Positions 24,725 through 43,152 of a DNA stretch of 46,654 nt are shown piece after piece. Position 1 is the first letter of the stretch, and every line of letters starts with the position of its first letter. The translations under genes were made by a program, and so were the position numbers. Under the pieces are notes generated by a model. That model was not told the DNA's origin, made no database searches, and saw nothing but the letters and a program-made list of their open reading frames with translations. The stretch covers positions 1 through 46,654 of the forward strand of contig JANYCM010000266.1 of assembly GCA_025360285.1 (NCBI GenBank), written 5' to 3'. The DNA is from Sphingomonadales bacterium (GTDB lineage Bacteria > Pseudomonadota > Alphaproteobacteria > Sphingomonadales > Sphingomonadaceae).

Positions 24725-26146
24725 TCAGTCGGTATCCGACAGATTGCCCAGCCCGTGGCGGTGGAGTTTCGAATACAGGCTTTGCCGCGACAGGCCGAGG
24801 ATTTCGGCAGCCGACGCACGATTGTCGGAGGTGTAGGTCAGCGCTGCTTCGATGCACAGGCGTTCGATCAGGTCGGTCGATTCGCGCACGATTTCCTTCA
24901 GTGAGACGCGGCCCACCAATTCGGTCAATTGTTCGACCGATCGCGGCAGGTGACGATCATCATTGGCCACCAGCACCCTGCGGGCAAGGCCGCGGATGCT
25001 GAAGCCATAGCGCGTCGCATCGCCTTCGATCGAAACGACCGCCGACACCTCGATTTCTTCCTGCACGCCATCGGCGGCGCGGATGATCGTCGCAAAATTG
25101 CGCACCAGGCCATGTTCGTTCAGCTGCGCCAGCAACAACCCCAGATCAATGCCGGGTCGGCCGAGAAACTGCCCCAGCGGCTTGCCGCGCAGATCGGCAC
25201 TGCGCGCGGCATGGACAAGGTCCAGAAAGGCGCCATTGCCGGCCAGGATATCAAGGCTCTGGTCGGTCAGCACAAAAGCGTCGGGCATGCGTTCCAGCAC
25301 TTCGACGAGCGGGCGGTCACCGATCTGGGCGCCGGTGCCCGCGCTGCCGCTGTCCATGGGTTGCAACCGCACCAGCAGATAATTGCCGCGATCCTGGCGG
25401 AACAATGTCACCGACATGGCGCAGGCGGCACCATCGATCAGGCGGATGGGCGCCGGCTGGCGCTGTTCGGCCGCGGCGACCGCGCCCAGGGCGGCGACAG
25501 CGGCCTCGCGATCCTCGGCATCGATGATCGTAACAAAAGGCTGGCCATCGATGCCGCCGGCCGGCAGGCCGGCGAGACGCCGCGCCGCGGGGTTGGCTTC
25601 CGTAATGCGGCGGTTGCTCGAATCAACGACGATGATCGCCTCGGGGGCCGAATCGAACAACAGGCGATAGCGGGCTTCCAGCTGGCGCAGCCGCAGCGAA
25701 TCGCGCTCCATCGCCTGTTGGGCGCGCAACAACCTTTGCTGCAGGGCGGCGGCAGCGCGCATGTCACGCCCGATCACCAGCAGCCGGCCCTCATCACCGG
25801 TCGGCAGCGTCAGGTAACGGATCGGCAGGTCGCCGGCGGGTGCCAGATGATTGACCTGGCGCCAGCGACTGGGGTCACCGCGCCCGGCCAGCATTTCATC
25901 GATCTTGATGCGGTTTTCCGGCTGCACCGTGTCGCGCCATGGCCGGTCCATCCAGCTTTCGATGCCCTGGTCGGCGAGATCGCCGGTCCCCATCGCCATG
26001 TCGCGAACAACACCCCGGCGATCAACGACAAGCGCGATATCGCAGGTCGCCGCCAAAGCCCTGACAGTAGCATCAGCCGGCAGCACCCCGAGCGCGCTAA
26101 GCGGTACCCGCGCGATCGGGTCAGCGACTGGCGTGCGAACGTCCAT
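24725..26146 (-). CDS. ppsR: Photosynthesis repressor PpsR/CrtJ
   Basis: PAS domains, LQQRLLRAQQAMERD, C-terminal TDLIERLCIEAAL..DNRASAAEILGLSRQSLYSKL (Fis-type HTH with the conserved Cys); GGGAG RBS before ATG 26146. Confidence 0.95.
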   Translation of the reverse strand: MDVRTPVADPIARVPLSALGVLPADATVRALAATCDIALVVDRRGVVRDMAMGTGDLADQGIESWMDRPWRDTVQPENRIKIDEMLAGRGDPSRWRQVNHLAPAGDLPIRYLTLPTGDEGRLLVIGRDMRAAAALQQRLLRAQQAMERDSLRLRQLEARYRLLFDSAPEAIIVVDSSNRRITEANPAARRLAGLPAGGIDGQPFVTIIDAEDREAAVAALGAVAAAEQRQPAPIRLIDGAACAMSVTLFRQDRGNYLLVRLQPMDSGSAGTGAQIGDRPLVEVLERMPDAFVLTDQSLDILAGNGAFLDLVHAARSADLRGKPLGQFLGRPGIDLGLLLAQLNEHGLVRNFATIIRAADGVQEEIEVSAVVSIEGDATRYGFSIRGLARRVLVANDDRHLPRSVEQLTELVGRVSLKEIVRESTDLIERLCIEAALTYTSDNRASAAEILGLSRQSLYSKLHRHGLGNLSDTD

Positions 26147-26198
26147 CAGTGCGGCGAGGCCGTCTCCCTTTCCGCATCGACACAGGCGCCGCTGCGTT

Positions 26199-27089
26199 TC
26201 ATTTGGCGGGCGACACGCCGCGCGCCCGTCGTTTTTCAATCAATTTATGAGCCAGGCCGACGGCCAGCTGACCATCGGACGCCGTGCCATCAGCACCAAT
26301 TGTTTCGGCCAGCTCCGGGCGGTCGGTAAACACCCGGCCACCGACCAGGATGATGACATCGGGATTGCGCGAGGCGCGGCGAACCGCCGCAATGGTGCGT
26401 GTCAGCGGCGCCAAATGCCGCTCAACGCTCACGGTAAGTCCGATGATGTCAAAGGCGCGCCCGGCGGCCAGCGCCACGAGTTCATCCTCGTCCAGCGCCG
26501 GCGCGCTCCAGGTCTGCCAGCCGGCGCGGCGGAAAAATTCCTCGACGATGATGGCGCCCAATCCATGTTGCTCACCCGGTGCCGGCGCGAACAGGGCGCG
26601 GTGGTCATCGGAATCACTAACGGCGACGCCGGGGATAAGGGCCGCCAGCGCATGGACGATTTCCTGCAACCGCCACAGCCCCATCGTCACATCGACGAAA
26701 TCACAGGCATCTTCGTCCCACCAGCTGCCCAGCCGCCGCGCCGCCGGGGCGAGCAGATGCAGATAGATGGTTTCGACATCGACGCCGCCGCGCATCACCG
26801 CTTCGACCCGGGCGAGCAGCGGCGCGACTTCTTCGGTAAGAGTGGCGGCGGCGAACTGGTCGGCAAAGGCCGGCGGAATGGCGGCCATCGGCAACGCGGC
26901 CACTGGCCGCGCGGCGACCACTTCGCGGTGCGCCAGCAGCAGGCGCGGGATGATGTCGGATTCAATCACGCGGGCCAGCGCATCCGGGCTGGCGGTTTCG
27001 CGGGTGCGAAAGGCCGCACGCCGGGCACGGTCCCAACTGCGGGAAGCCGCAATCTTTGCCTCGGTTACGATGTCCAGCATTGATGTCAT
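26199..27089 (-). CDS. ppaA: Cobalamin-binding antirepressor PpaA/AerR
   Basis: LLAPAARRLGSWWDED.CDFVDVTMG and EQHGLG (ExHxxG) B12-binding motif; directly upstream of ppsR. Confidence 0.9.
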   Translation of the reverse strand: MTSMLDIVTEAKIAASRSWDRARRAAFRTRETASPDALARVIESDIIPRLLLAHREVVAARPVAALPMAAIPPAFADQFAAATLTEEVAPLLARVEAVMRGGVDVETIYLHLLAPAARRLGSWWDEDACDFVDVTMGLWRLQEIVHALAALIPGVAVSDSDDHRALFAPAPGEQHGLGAIIVEEFFRRAGWQTWSAPALDEDELVALAAGRAFDIIGLTVSVERHLAPLTRTIAAVRRASRNPDVIILVGGRVFTDRPELAETIGADGTASDGQLAVGLAHKLIEKRRARGVSPAK

Positions 27090-27222
27090 TCCGACCCCCG
27101 TCGCGGCTCATTCGGGACATCGCGACCAATCGGCCGGCCGCCCCCAATGGCAAAGCATTGCGACAAAGCTAAACAACCGCTCCCTCGGCTGCAAGACCAT
27201 GAGTGTGCGCTGCGGCATGGGT

Positions 27223-27256
27223 TGTCAAACACTTTTGACGTAAAGGCAGGTTGACA
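27223..27256. promoter_or_regulatory. Two overlapping near-consensus PpsR operators between ppaA and bchF
   Basis: TGT-CAAACACTTTTG-ACG (27223-27240) and CGT-AAAGGCAGGTTG-ACA (27239-27256), each one mismatch from TGT-N12-ACA. Confidence 0.7.
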
Positions 27257-27278
27257 CTTATTGGCCCGGTGATAGGTT
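27251..27278 (+). promoter_or_regulatory. Sigma70 promoter of the bchF operon
   Basis: TTGACA-N16-TAGGTT; the -35 lies inside the second PpsR site. Confidence 0.55.
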
Positions 27279-27300
27279 TCAACGGGTGGGAGGACATGGG

Positions 27301-29104
<1,804 letters not shown>

Positions 29105-29105
<1 letters not shown>

Positions 29106-30704
29106 TGCAGCTTACCGTCTGGACCTATGAAGGCCCGCCGCATGTCGGGGCAATGCGCGTCGCCACCGGCATGAAGGGGCTGCACTATGTCCTGCACGCG
29201 CCGCAGGGCGATACCTATGCCGACCTTTTGTTCACCATGATCGAGCGCCGGGGTGAGCGGCCGCCGGTCACCTACACGACTTTCCAGGCCCGCGACCTCG
29301 GCACCGACACGGCGGAATTGTTCCAGAAATCGGCGCGCGACGCCTATGAACGTTTTCTGCCCGAGGCGATGATCGTTGGCGCCTCGTGCACCGCCGAACT
29401 GATCCAGGATGATCCCGCCGGCCTCGCGCTGACCATGGGCCTGCCGTGCCCGATCATCGCGCTTGATCTGCCCAGCTACAGTCACAAGGAAAATTGGGGC
29501 GCCGCGGAAACATTTTACCAGATCGTCCGGCAATTGGCCGACAAGAATCGCACGGTGCCCGCCAAGGACGGCCGCCGCCTGCGCGCTAATCTGCTTGGGC
29601 CCACGGCGCTGGGGTTCCGCCACCGCGATGATGTCGTTGAAGTAACCAAGCTGCTGAATGGCCTGGGCATCGATGTCCATGTCTGTGCGCCGATGGGGTC
29701 GTCGCCCACCAGCATCGCCGGGCTGGGCGAGGCCGATTTCAACGTCGTGCTTTACCCCGAAATCGCGCATGAGGCAGCGCGCTGGCTGGAAAAGACCTTT
29801 GGCCAGAAATATACCAGGACAGTGCCGATCGGCGTGAACGCCACGCGCGAATTCATCGCCGAAGTCTGCGCCATCGCCGGTATCGCTGTGCCGGCCAATG
29901 CCGATGAAGGCCGCATGCCCTGGTGGTCACATTCGGTCGATTCGACCTATCTGACCGGCAAGCGCGTCTTCATCTTCGGTGATGCCACCCATGCCGTTGC
30001 CGCCGCCCGCATCGCCAGTGAAGAGCTCGGCTTCGAAGTCGTCGGGCTTGGTTGCTATAACCGTGAATTTGCCCGCGACATCCGCACCGCAGCGGCCAAA
30101 TATGGCGTCGAGCCGCTGATTACCGACGATTATCTTGTCGTTGAGGACGCCATCGCCGCCGCCAATTGCGAACTGGTGCTGGGCACCCAGATGGAACGCC
30201 ATATCGCCAAGCGGCTGCGCCTGCCGTGCGCAGTGATTTCGGCCCCCGTCCATGTCCAGGATTTCCCGGCGCGCCATTCGCCGCAAATGGGTTTCGAAGG
30301 CGCCAATGTCATCTTCGACACCTGGGTCCACCCACTGGTCATGGGGCTGGAGGAACATCTCCTGACCATGTTCCGCGACGATTTCGAATTTTCGGATGCG
30401 GCCGGCGCCAGCCATCTGGGGCACGGCAGTGCCGCTCCCCTCCCGCTTGCGGGAGAGGCTGGGGGCTCGCTCTCCATGCCGGAGAGCGCGCCCGTCGGCA
30501 CGGAGACCGCACCTCCGACCCCTCCCGAAAGCGGGAGGGGGGCAGAAGCCGAAGTCGAAGGCTGGACCGCCGACGCCCAGCGCGAGCTCATGAAAATCCC
30601 TTTCTTCGTGCGCGGCAAGGCGCGCCGCAACACGGAGCGCTACGCCAGCGAAAAGGGCGTCGCTGCGATCTCGGTAGAGACGCTTTACGAGGCCAAGGCC
30701 CATT

Positions 30705-30715
<11 letters not shown>
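29105..30715 (+). CDS. bchB: Dark-operative protochlorophyllide reductase subunit B
   Basis: [33 protein letters not shown]; C-terminal PCP-red domain ([15 protein letters not shown]). Confidence 0.96.
30434..30543. repeat. Palindromic repeat element read in-frame within bchB
   Basis: GCTCCCCTCCCGCTTGCGGGAGAGG ... CCCCTCCCGAAAGCGGGAGGGGGGC; terminal arms match those of the intergenic copies; encodes [11 protein letters not shown]...[10 protein letters not shown]. Confidence 0.8.
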
Positions 30716-36013
<5,298 letters not shown>

Positions 36014-36017
<4 letters not shown>

Positions 36018-37426
36018 GCCGCTCGCGTTTCTGGGGCAAGATGGGAACGCAGTTCCTGCCGTTCGCCGATGCGGCGAGCGCCGATCTGCCGCTGCCGCGC
36101 CTGCTGCGCCTGTCGCTGTTCCAGGTCTCGGTCGGCATGGCTTTCGTCCTGCTCAATTTCACCCTCAACCGGGTGATGATCGTCGAATTGAACGTGCCCG
36201 CCAGTCTCGTGGCCGCCATGGTGGCGATCCCGCTGCTGTTCGCCCCGGCGCGGGCGCTGATCGGGCATAAATCCGATAACCATGTCTCGGTGCTCGGCTG
36301 GAAGCGCGTGCCCTATATCTGGTTCGGCACGATGATGCAGTTCGGCGGCCTGGCGCTGATGCCGTTCGCCATGCTGCTGATGACCGGCAAGGGTGAAAAT
36401 GGCGGCCCTGCCATCGGCGTGGCCGGGGCGTGCCTGGCCTTTTTGTTCGTCGGCGCCGGCATGGCGACGGCGCAGACCGCCGGCCTGGCACTTGCCACCG
36501 ATCTGGCGCCCGAAGACAAGCGCCCGCGCGTCGTCGGGCTGCTCTACGTGATGTTCCTTGTCGGCATGTTCGTCTCCTCGCTGGTGCTCGGGCGCCTGCT
36601 CGCCGATTTCGAAGCGACCAAGCTCGTCCAGGTCATCCAGGGCACCGCGGTGCTCACCGTGCTGGTCAACACCATCGCGCTGTGGAAACAGGAGGCCCGG
36701 GTCGAAGGCGGCACGCGCCGCGATCCCGATGCGAATTTCTCGGCCGATTGGGCCGGCTTCACTGCGCCGCCGCGCACCCGCCGGCTGCTGGTGGCGCTCG
36801 GGCTTGGTGCTGCCGGCTTTGCCATGCAGGACATCCTGCTGGAACCCTATGGCGGTCATGTGCTGGGGCTGACCGTGGGTCAGACCACCGCGCTGTCGGC
36901 CCTATGGTCGGCGGGCATGATCGTTGGTTTCGCCTATGCCGCGCGCGCGCTCGATCGGGCGGCAGACCCGCACAAGCTGGCCGGGGCTGGCGTTCTGATC
37001 GGCATTGCCGCCTTTGCCGTCGTCGTGCTGTCGGCGCCGCTGCATTCGGCACTGCTGCTGTGCGTTGGCGCCGGCGGCATCGGGCTGGGCGGCGGGCTGT
37101 TCGCCGTCGGCACCATGATCGCTGCGATGCGGCTGGCGCTGCCCGGCAAATCCGGGCTGGCACTGGGGGCCTGGGGGTCGGTGCAGGCCAGCGCTGCCGG
37201 GGTTGCCATCCTGTTGTCGGGGTCGCTGCGTGATGGTTTCGGCGCGCTCGCCATGTCGGGGCGCCTGGGCGCCGGCTTTGTCGATGCCGCCAGCGGTTAC
37301 AGTTTTGTCTGGCACATCGAAATTGCCCTGTTGTTTGCCACCCTTATTGCCCTGGGACCGCTGGCGCGGCGGACCCCGGGCCTCGCCCACCGCGCTCGCC
37401 TCGGCCTCGCCGACGCCGCATCCTGA
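36014..37426 (+). CDS. lhaA: LH1 assembly protein LhaA (PucC family)
   Basis: LPFADAASADLPL.RLLRLSLFQVSVGM, QTAGLALATDLA, QDILLEPYGG; lies between bchM and puhA. Confidence 0.9.
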
Positions 37427-37438
37427 AGGGGAACGTCA

Positions 37439-38206
37439 ATGTCCAATGTCATCATCGTCGGGGGGCTCGATGTCGCCGAACTCGCCTTTTACATGTTCGC
37501 GATGTTCTTCCTCGGGCTGATCTGGTACCTGCGGGGTGAAGACCGGCGCGAAGGCTATCCGCTGGAAGATGATCTTACCGGCCAGGTCGAACCCGCCGGC
37601 GGCATTTTGACCATGAAGCCGGACAAATTTTTCAAACTGCCCTTTGGCCGCGGCACCGTCGTCATGCCCGGTGAAAGCCGCCGCGATCCGATGCCGCAGA
37701 ACATCACTGATCGCGCCTATCCCGGCACACCGTTCGAACCTTTGGGCAATCCCTTGAGCTCGGGCGTCGGCCCCGGCGGCTATGCCCAGCGCGCCGATCG
37801 CCCGGACGTCGACATGTTCAACCGGCCGCGCATCGTGCCGATGCGGGTTGCCGAACATATCGTCGTCGAAGGCCGTGATGTCGATCCGCGCGGGCTGCCC
37901 ATCACCGGCCTGGATAATGTCATCGCCGGCACGGTGCGCGATATCTGGGTCGATCGTTCGGAACATGTCATCCGTTACCTCGAAGTCGCGCTGACGGACG
38001 GCGGCACTGCCATCGTGCCGATGCCGATGTCGAAAGTGTCACGTCGCGCCGTCAAGGTGGATGCGGTAACAGGGGCGCAGTTCGTCGGCTCACCGACGCT
38101 GGCGTCGATGGACCAGATCACCTTGCTCGAAGAGGAAAAGGTCCAGGCCTATTTCGGCGCCGGCTATCTGTGGGCGACGCCGGCCCGTTCGGAACCGCTG
38201 ATATGA
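37439..38206 (+). CDS. puhA: Reaction centre H subunit
   Basis: LDVAEL..Y.F..FFLGLIWYLRGEDRREGYPL, GVGPGGYAQRAD.PD, DIWVDRSE..IRYLEV, ITLLEEEKV. Confidence 0.95.
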   Translation: MSNVIIVGGLDVAELAFYMFAMFFLGLIWYLRGEDRREGYPLEDDLTGQVEPAGGILTMKPDKFFKLPFGRGTVVMPGESRRDPMPQNITDRAYPGTPFEPLGNPLSSGVGPGGYAQRADRPDVDMFNRPRIVPMRVAEHIVVEGRDVDPRGLPITGLDNVIAGTVRDIWVDRSEHVIRYLEVALTDGGTAIVPMPMSKVSRRAVKVDAVTGAQFVGSPTLASMDQITLLEEEKVQAYFGAGYLWATPARSEPLI

Positions 38207-38829
38207 CAACCGAATATGAAAACGAACCGATAAAGGGCCTGCCGGGCTTCCTGCCCAAGGACGAATCGATCGTCTGGCAGGGCTCGCCGGACTGGAAGGC
38301 GCTGGCACGGTCGGTGTTCCATGTCCGGCTGGTGGCCGGTTGGTTCGTTTTCGTCGCCTCGCTGGCCTTTGTCGCTGGCGGCACCGGGCCTCTGGGCGCC
38401 GCCGTCACGCTCGGCGTCGCGCTGCTCGGGCTGGCCGTGCTGGCGTTGCTGGCCTTCGCCCAGGCGCGTTCGACGGTGTACACGCTGACCCAGAAACGCC
38501 TCGTCATGCGCTTTGGCATGGCGCTGCCGAAATGCGTCAACCTGCCGCTGGCGCAGATCGAAAGTGCCGATCTGCAACCCGCCGGGCCCGGCCATGCCGA
38601 TATTGCGCTGAAAACCGCCGGTCGCTTCCCGCTCGCCTGGTTGCAGATGTGGCCGCATGTCCGCCCCTGGGCTGTCGCCCGGCCGCAGCCGATGCTGCGC
38701 GCCGTGCCGACCGGTTTTGTGGCGATCTTTGCCGATACCCTGGCCAAGGCCGATCCCGGCTTGCACCGGCCGCTCGCCGCGCCGATGGTCACGCTGCCGG
38801 CGACGATCCCGGTCGGAGTGGCGGCATGA
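38203..38829 (+). CDS. puhB: Photosynthetic complex assembly protein PuhB
   Basis: EPIKGLPG.LP..E.IVWQGSPDW, YTLTQKRLVMRFGMALP, WPHVRPW...PQPMLR. Confidence 0.92.
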   Translation: MTTEYENEPIKGLPGFLPKDESIVWQGSPDWKALARSVFHVRLVAGWFVFVASLAFVAGGTGPLGAAVTLGVALLGLAVLALLAFAQARSTVYTLTQKRLVMRFGMALPKCVNLPLAQIESADLQPAGPGHADIALKTAGRFPLAWLQMWPHVRPWAVARPQPMLRAVPTGFVAIFADTLAKADPGLHRPLAAPMVTLPATIPVGVAA

Positions 38830-39425
38830 GCGATTTTCGCGGCGAAAAATTCCCCAGGGGCGCGCTCTATGGCGCCGCCGGGATGATCGGCATCACCATC
38901 GTCGTCGTCTTCGGTATCCGCTTCGGTGTGCTGCCGGCGCGGCCGACGGCGCCGGAACTGCGCAGCGAACATCAGGTCGCCATTGCCGTCACCCGCGATT
39001 TCCGCTTTGCCGATCGCGCCGATGGCGCGCTGGTCGCGACCGATGCCAAGACCAACCAGGTGGCGCTGGTGCTCGAACCCGGCTCCAACAGCGGTTTCAT
39101 CCGCGGTGTCATGCGCGGCCTGATGCGCGAACGCATGCTGCACGAAGTGCCGCGCGATGGCGCCGTCAGCGTTACGCAATGGACCGATGGCGCGCTGACC
39201 CTGAAGGACAATTCCACCGGCCGCATCATCGAACTCGGCAGCTTTGGCCACACCAACCGCGCCGCCTTTGCGCAGTTGCTGGTCCCCGGCCAGCATGTCG
39301 TGCCCAGCCTGGCCAAGGCCGAAGCCATCGGCGGCACCGGCCCCGATGCCAATACCAGCGTGGCGCCCGATGCGCTGCCGGCGACGCGCCGCATCGCCAC
39401 CGCCGGCGGCAGCGGCCCGGCATGA
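38826..39425 (+). CDS. puhC: Photosynthetic complex assembly protein PuhC
   Basis: FADRADG, GFIRGVMRGLMRER, D.STGRIIELGSFGHTN.AAFA; ATG 38826 overlaps the puhB stop. Confidence 0.88.
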   Translation: MSDFRGEKFPRGALYGAAGMIGITIVVVFGIRFGVLPARPTAPELRSEHQVAIAVTRDFRFADRADGALVATDAKTNQVALVLEPGSNSGFIRGVMRGLMRERMLHEVPRDGAVSVTQWTDGALTLKDNSTGRIIELGSFGHTNRAAFAQLLVPGQHVVPSLAKAEAIGGTGPDANTSVAPDALPATRRIATAGGSGPA

Positions 39426-39721
39426 CGCGGCTGTTCGGCCGGGAAAGCTGGGAAACCGGCTGCACGATCGCGGTGGAACACACCGCCGAGGCGCTGCACG
39501 CCCATGTCGAACTTGATGGCAATGTCGCCATCGGCCCCGGTGACCAGGTGCGGGTGCACGGCGCCCCGGTGCGGCTGCCCTTTGGTGAAGCGATCACCCT
39601 GCGCCGCCGCGCCACTGTGTCACGCGCCGGGCTGGTGTCGCAATGGTGGACGCGGCTGCGCGCCAATCTTGATCTGACCGAATTGTACGAAATCACCTTC
39701 ACCTCGGAGAAGCCGCGATGA
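39422..39721 (+). CDS. bciE: Aerobic cyclase accessory subunit BciE (probable)
   Basis: 99 aa (GCTIAVEH...LHAHVELDG....PGDQV.VHG) directly upstream of and overlapping acsF, which is where bciE sits in alphaproteobacterial clusters. Confidence 0.7.
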   Translation: MTRLFGRESWETGCTIAVEHTAEALHAHVELDGNVAIGPGDQVRVHGAPVRLPFGEAITLRRRATVSRAGLVSQWWTRLRANLDLTELYEITFTSEKPR

Positions 39722-40824
39722 ACGCGCATGTTCCCGTCGCCCTGCTGGAAGCCGAAGGCGATATCGACCGCGATGTGGCAATCACCCGCGATGTGACGCA
39801 AGCGATGGCCAATCAGGACACGGTGCTGTCCCCGCGCTTTTACACGACCGATTTCGCCGCGATGGACCGTATCGATGTGGCGCCGGTGCGCGCCGAATGG
39901 GATGCGCTGATCGCTGAAATGACCGCCGACCCCAACAAGCGGCATTTCAAGCGCACCGCGGAATTCGATGGCGTCATCGAAAACCTGCCGCCGGCGCTGC
40001 GCATCGAATTCACCGATTTCCTGGTGTCCTCGATGACGTCGGAATTTTCAGGCTGCATTCTTTACGCCGAAATCGCCAAGCGGGTCAGCAATCCGGATGC
40101 CAAGGCGCTGTTCAAGCTGATGGCGCGTGATGAATCGCGCCACGCCGGTTTCATCAATGACAGTTTGAAGGATGCCGGCATCGGTATCGATCTCGGCTTC
40201 CTTACCAAGACCAAGAAATACACCTATTTCCGGCCGAAATTCATCTTCTACGCCACCTACCTGTCGGAAAAGATCGGCTATGCCCGCTACATCACCATCT
40301 TCCGCCAGCTCGAGCGCCATCCCGAACATGAATTCCACCCGATCTTCCGCTGGTTCGAGAATTGGTGCGCCGACGAATTCCGCCACGGCGAGGCCTTCGC
40401 CCTGCTGATGCGCGCCGACCCGAAACTCCTGTCGGGTTACAACAAGCTGTGGATCCGCTTCTTCCTCGTCGCCGTTTATGCGACGATGTACGTCCGCGAT
40501 CACAACCGCCCGGTGCTGTATGACGCCTTTGGCATTGACCCGACCGAATATGATTTCACGGTGTTCGACATCACCACCCGCATCACCGCGCAGGTGTTTC
40601 CGCTGGCGCTCGATACCGATGCGCCGCAATTCCGGATGTTGCTGGAAAAGATGCGCGGCATTTCGGCCGGCATCGATGCGGCGCACAAACAGGGCGGCGT
40701 GATCGGCGGCCTGAAGCGCTTTGGCCTGTCGCTCGCCGCCGGCTTGACCTTCGCCCGCCTTTACCTGCAACCGGTGCAGCGCAGTGAATTGCCCGCCACC
40801 GTCCGGCTCCAGCCCGTCTGGTAG
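39718..40824 (+). CDS. acsF: O2-dependent Mg-protoporphyrin monomethylester cyclase
   Basis: [47 protein letters not shown] di-iron motifs. Confidence 0.96.
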   Translation: MNAHVPVALLEAEGDIDRDVAITRDVTQAMANQDTVLSPRFYTTDFAAMDRIDVAPVRAEWDALIAEMTADPNKRHFKRTAEFDGVIENLPPALRIEFTDFLVSSMTSEFSGCILYAEIAKRVSNPDAKALFKLMARDESRHAGFINDSLKDAGIGIDLGFLTKTKKYTYFRPKFIFYATYLSEKIGYARYITIFRQLERHPEHEFHPIFRWFENWCADEFRHGEAFALLMRADPKLLSGYNKLWIRFFLVAVYATMYVRDHNRPVLYDAFGIDPTEYDFTVFDITTRITAQVFPLALDTDAPQFRMLLEKMRGISAGIDAAHKQGGVIGGLKRFGLSLAAGLTFARLYLQPVQRSELPATVRLQPVW

Positions 40825-40828
40825 TCCG

Positions 40829-41686
40829 GTGTCGGCGCTCGCCTTGCCTTTGTTGTTCGCCACCGTGCTGTGGTTCGTCGCCACCGGCTTTGTGCTGTGG
40901 CTCGATCGGCTGCCGAGCAGCACCTGGCCGGCCAGCATGGTCGGCGCAACGGTGGCCAGCGGCTTTGCCATGGCCGGCATCATCGCGACGGCACCGATGA
41001 CCGGCAGCGCGGCGGCTTATGCGGCCTTTGCCTGCGCCCTGGTGCTGTGGGGCTGGCATGAACTCAGCTTCCTGATGGGCTTTGTTACCGGCCCCAACCG
41101 TTCGGCCTGCCCGCCCGATGCCACCGGCTGGCGGCGCTTCCGCCTCGCCGCCGCCACGCTCATCCACCATGAAGTCGCCATGTTCGTCACCGTCGGCGTC
41201 ATCGCGGCGGCCAGTTGGGGGCAACCCAACCAGACCGCGACACTGACCTTTGTGCTGCTGTTCGTCATGCGCCTGTCGGCCAAGTTCAACATCTTTGCCG
41301 GCGTGCCGCACCTGTCGACCGAAATGATGCCCGATCACATGCGCTATCTCGCCAGCTATTTCCGCATTCGGCCGGCGCGGCTGTTTTTTGCCGCCAGCCT
41401 TACGGGGATCATCCTGCTCGCTGCCTGGCTGGGCAATGCCGCGCTGGCGGCGGATGGCGGGCTTGCCACCGGCTATGCGCTGGCCTTTGCGCTGGTGCTG
41501 CTGGCCTTTATCGAACACGGCTTTCTGGTTGTGCCGTGGCAGGATACGGCGCTGTTTCGCTGGGCCATGGCCGACCGGCGCCTTGCTTCATCGCCGCCGA
41601 GGGCGACAGTTCTGGCAGTGGGCGAGCCAGCTTTAACGTTACGGCAGGCAAATGCGCTTGCAGCCCTTGAAAGCGCAGGGCAATAA
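40829..41686 (+). CDS. puhE: Putative photosynthetic complex assembly protein PuhE
   Basis: [44 protein letters not shown]; GTG start inferred. Confidence 0.88.
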   Translation: MSALALPLLFATVLWFVATGFVLWLDRLPSSTWPASMVGATVASGFAMAGIIATAPMTGSAAAYAAFACALVLWGWHELSFLMGFVTGPNRSACPPDATGWRRFRLAAATLIHHEVAMFVTVGVIAAASWGQPNQTATLTFVLLFVMRLSAKFNIFAGVPHLSTEMMPDHMRYLASYFRIRPARLFFAASLTGIILLAAWLGNAALAADGGLATGYALAFALVLLAFIEHGFLVVPWQDTALFRWAMADRRLASSPPRATVLAVGEPALTLRQANALAALESAGQ

Positions 41687-41705
41687 GAGGTTCGGGGAGA
41701 CAAAG

Positions 41706-42929
41706 ATGGATTATGAAGCCCATTTCCAGGCCGCGCTCGATGGCCTGAAGGAACGCGGAAATTACCGCGTCTTTGCAGAATTGCAGCGCCGCCGCGGTGA
41801 ATATCCCCGCGCCACCCGCCACAATGAAGACGGCACCACCCAGGAAGTCACCGTCTGGTGCTCCAATGATTATCTCGGCATGGGCCAACACCCCGATGTC
41901 ATCGAAGCCATGCATGAGGAGCTGGATCGCTCGGGCGCCGGCGCCGGTGGCACGCGCAATATTTCGGGCACGATGCACGCTCACCGCCAGCTTGAGCTTG
42001 AACTGGCCGATCTGCACAACAAGGAAGACGCGCTGCTGTTCACCAGCGGCTATGTCTCCAACTGGGCGGCGCTCGGTACGCTGGCGTCGAAGCTGCCCAA
42101 TTGCATCGTCATTTCAGATGCGCTCAACCATGCCTCGATGATCGAAGGCATTCGCCACAGCCGCGCCGAATGCCTGAAATTCAAGCATAATGACGTTGCC
42201 GATCTCGACCGCCTGCTCGCCGGTATCGAACCCGGTCGGCCCAAGCTGGTCGCCTTTGAAAGCGTCTATTCGATGGATGGCGACATCGCCCCCATCAAGG
42301 AAATCATCGAAGTCGCCGAAAAGCACGGCGCCATGACCTATATCGATGAAGTCCATGCCGTCGGCATGTATGGCGCGCGGGGCGGCGGCGTCGCCGAACG
42401 CGAAGGCCTGATGGACCGGTTGACGGTGATCGAAGGCACGCTCGGCAAGGCCTTTGGCGTTGTTGGCGGCTATATCGCCGGCTCCAAGGCGATGTGCGAT
42501 TTCGTGCGCAGCTTCGCCTCGGGCTTCATCTTCACCACCGCCCTGCCGCCGGCCATCGCCGCCGGCGCGCTGGCCTCGGTCCGCCATTTGAAGGCCAGCC
42601 CGTTCGAACGCAAGCGCCAGCAGGAACGCGTCGCCAAGGTGCGCGCCGCGCTGCGTACCATGGGCATTCCCCAGCTGGAAAACCCCAGCCACATCATCCC
42701 GGTGATGGTCGGTGATGCCAAAAAGGCCAAGATGATCAGCGACTGGTTGATGGACAACCATGGCATCTATGTGCAGCCGATCAACTATCCCACCGTCCCC
42801 GTCGGCACCGAACGCCTGCGCATCACGCCCGGCCCGGTGCATTCGGATGATGACATTGATCGCCTGGTGCGGGCGCTGAGCGATATCTGGGGCCAGTGCG
42901 CACTGCACCGGGTGGAAGCGGCGGCGTAG
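41706..42929 (+). CDS. hemA: 5-aminolevulinate synthase
   Basis: [34 protein letters not shown] (PLP Lys), QPINYPTVP; GGGGAG RBS. Confidence 0.95.
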   Translation: MDYEAHFQAALDGLKERGNYRVFAELQRRRGEYPRATRHNEDGTTQEVTVWCSNDYLGMGQHPDVIEAMHEELDRSGAGAGGTRNISGTMHAHRQLELELADLHNKEDALLFTSGYVSNWAALGTLASKLPNCIVISDALNHASMIEGIRHSRAECLKFKHNDVADLDRLLAGIEPGRPKLVAFESVYSMDGDIAPIKEIIEVAEKHGAMTYIDEVHAVGMYGARGGGVAEREGLMDRLTVIEGTLGKAFGVVGGYIAGSKAMCDFVRSFASGFIFTTALPPAIAAGALASVRHLKASPFERKRQQERVAKVRAALRTMGIPQLENPSHIIPVMVGDAKKAKMISDWLMDNHGIYVQPINYPTVPVGTERLRITPGPVHSDDDIDRLVRALSDIWGQCALHRVEAAA

Positions 42930-43025
42930 CGCCGCACCGCGAGCGCGCAACGCAGCAGCGCGCCGGCAGGCGCAAGATCGGCCAGCGAGGCGGACAGCTT
43001 CGCTGGCCGATCTCGTCTGACGTCA

Positions 43026-43056
43026 GCTTGGGCTTTGCCCAAGCCCTTCCTTGCTT
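43026..43056 (+). terminator. Hairpin downstream of hemA
   Basis: GCTTGGGC-TTT-GCCCAAGC followed by a pyrimidine-rich tail. Confidence 0.4.
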
Positions 43057-43152
43057 TCCGCCCTCCAGATAATCCAACACCGCGTCCGAATCCCGCCAGC
43101 CATCCCCGCCCAACCCACGCTATCTCCCCGGCACCAACCAGGGAGCCAGCCC

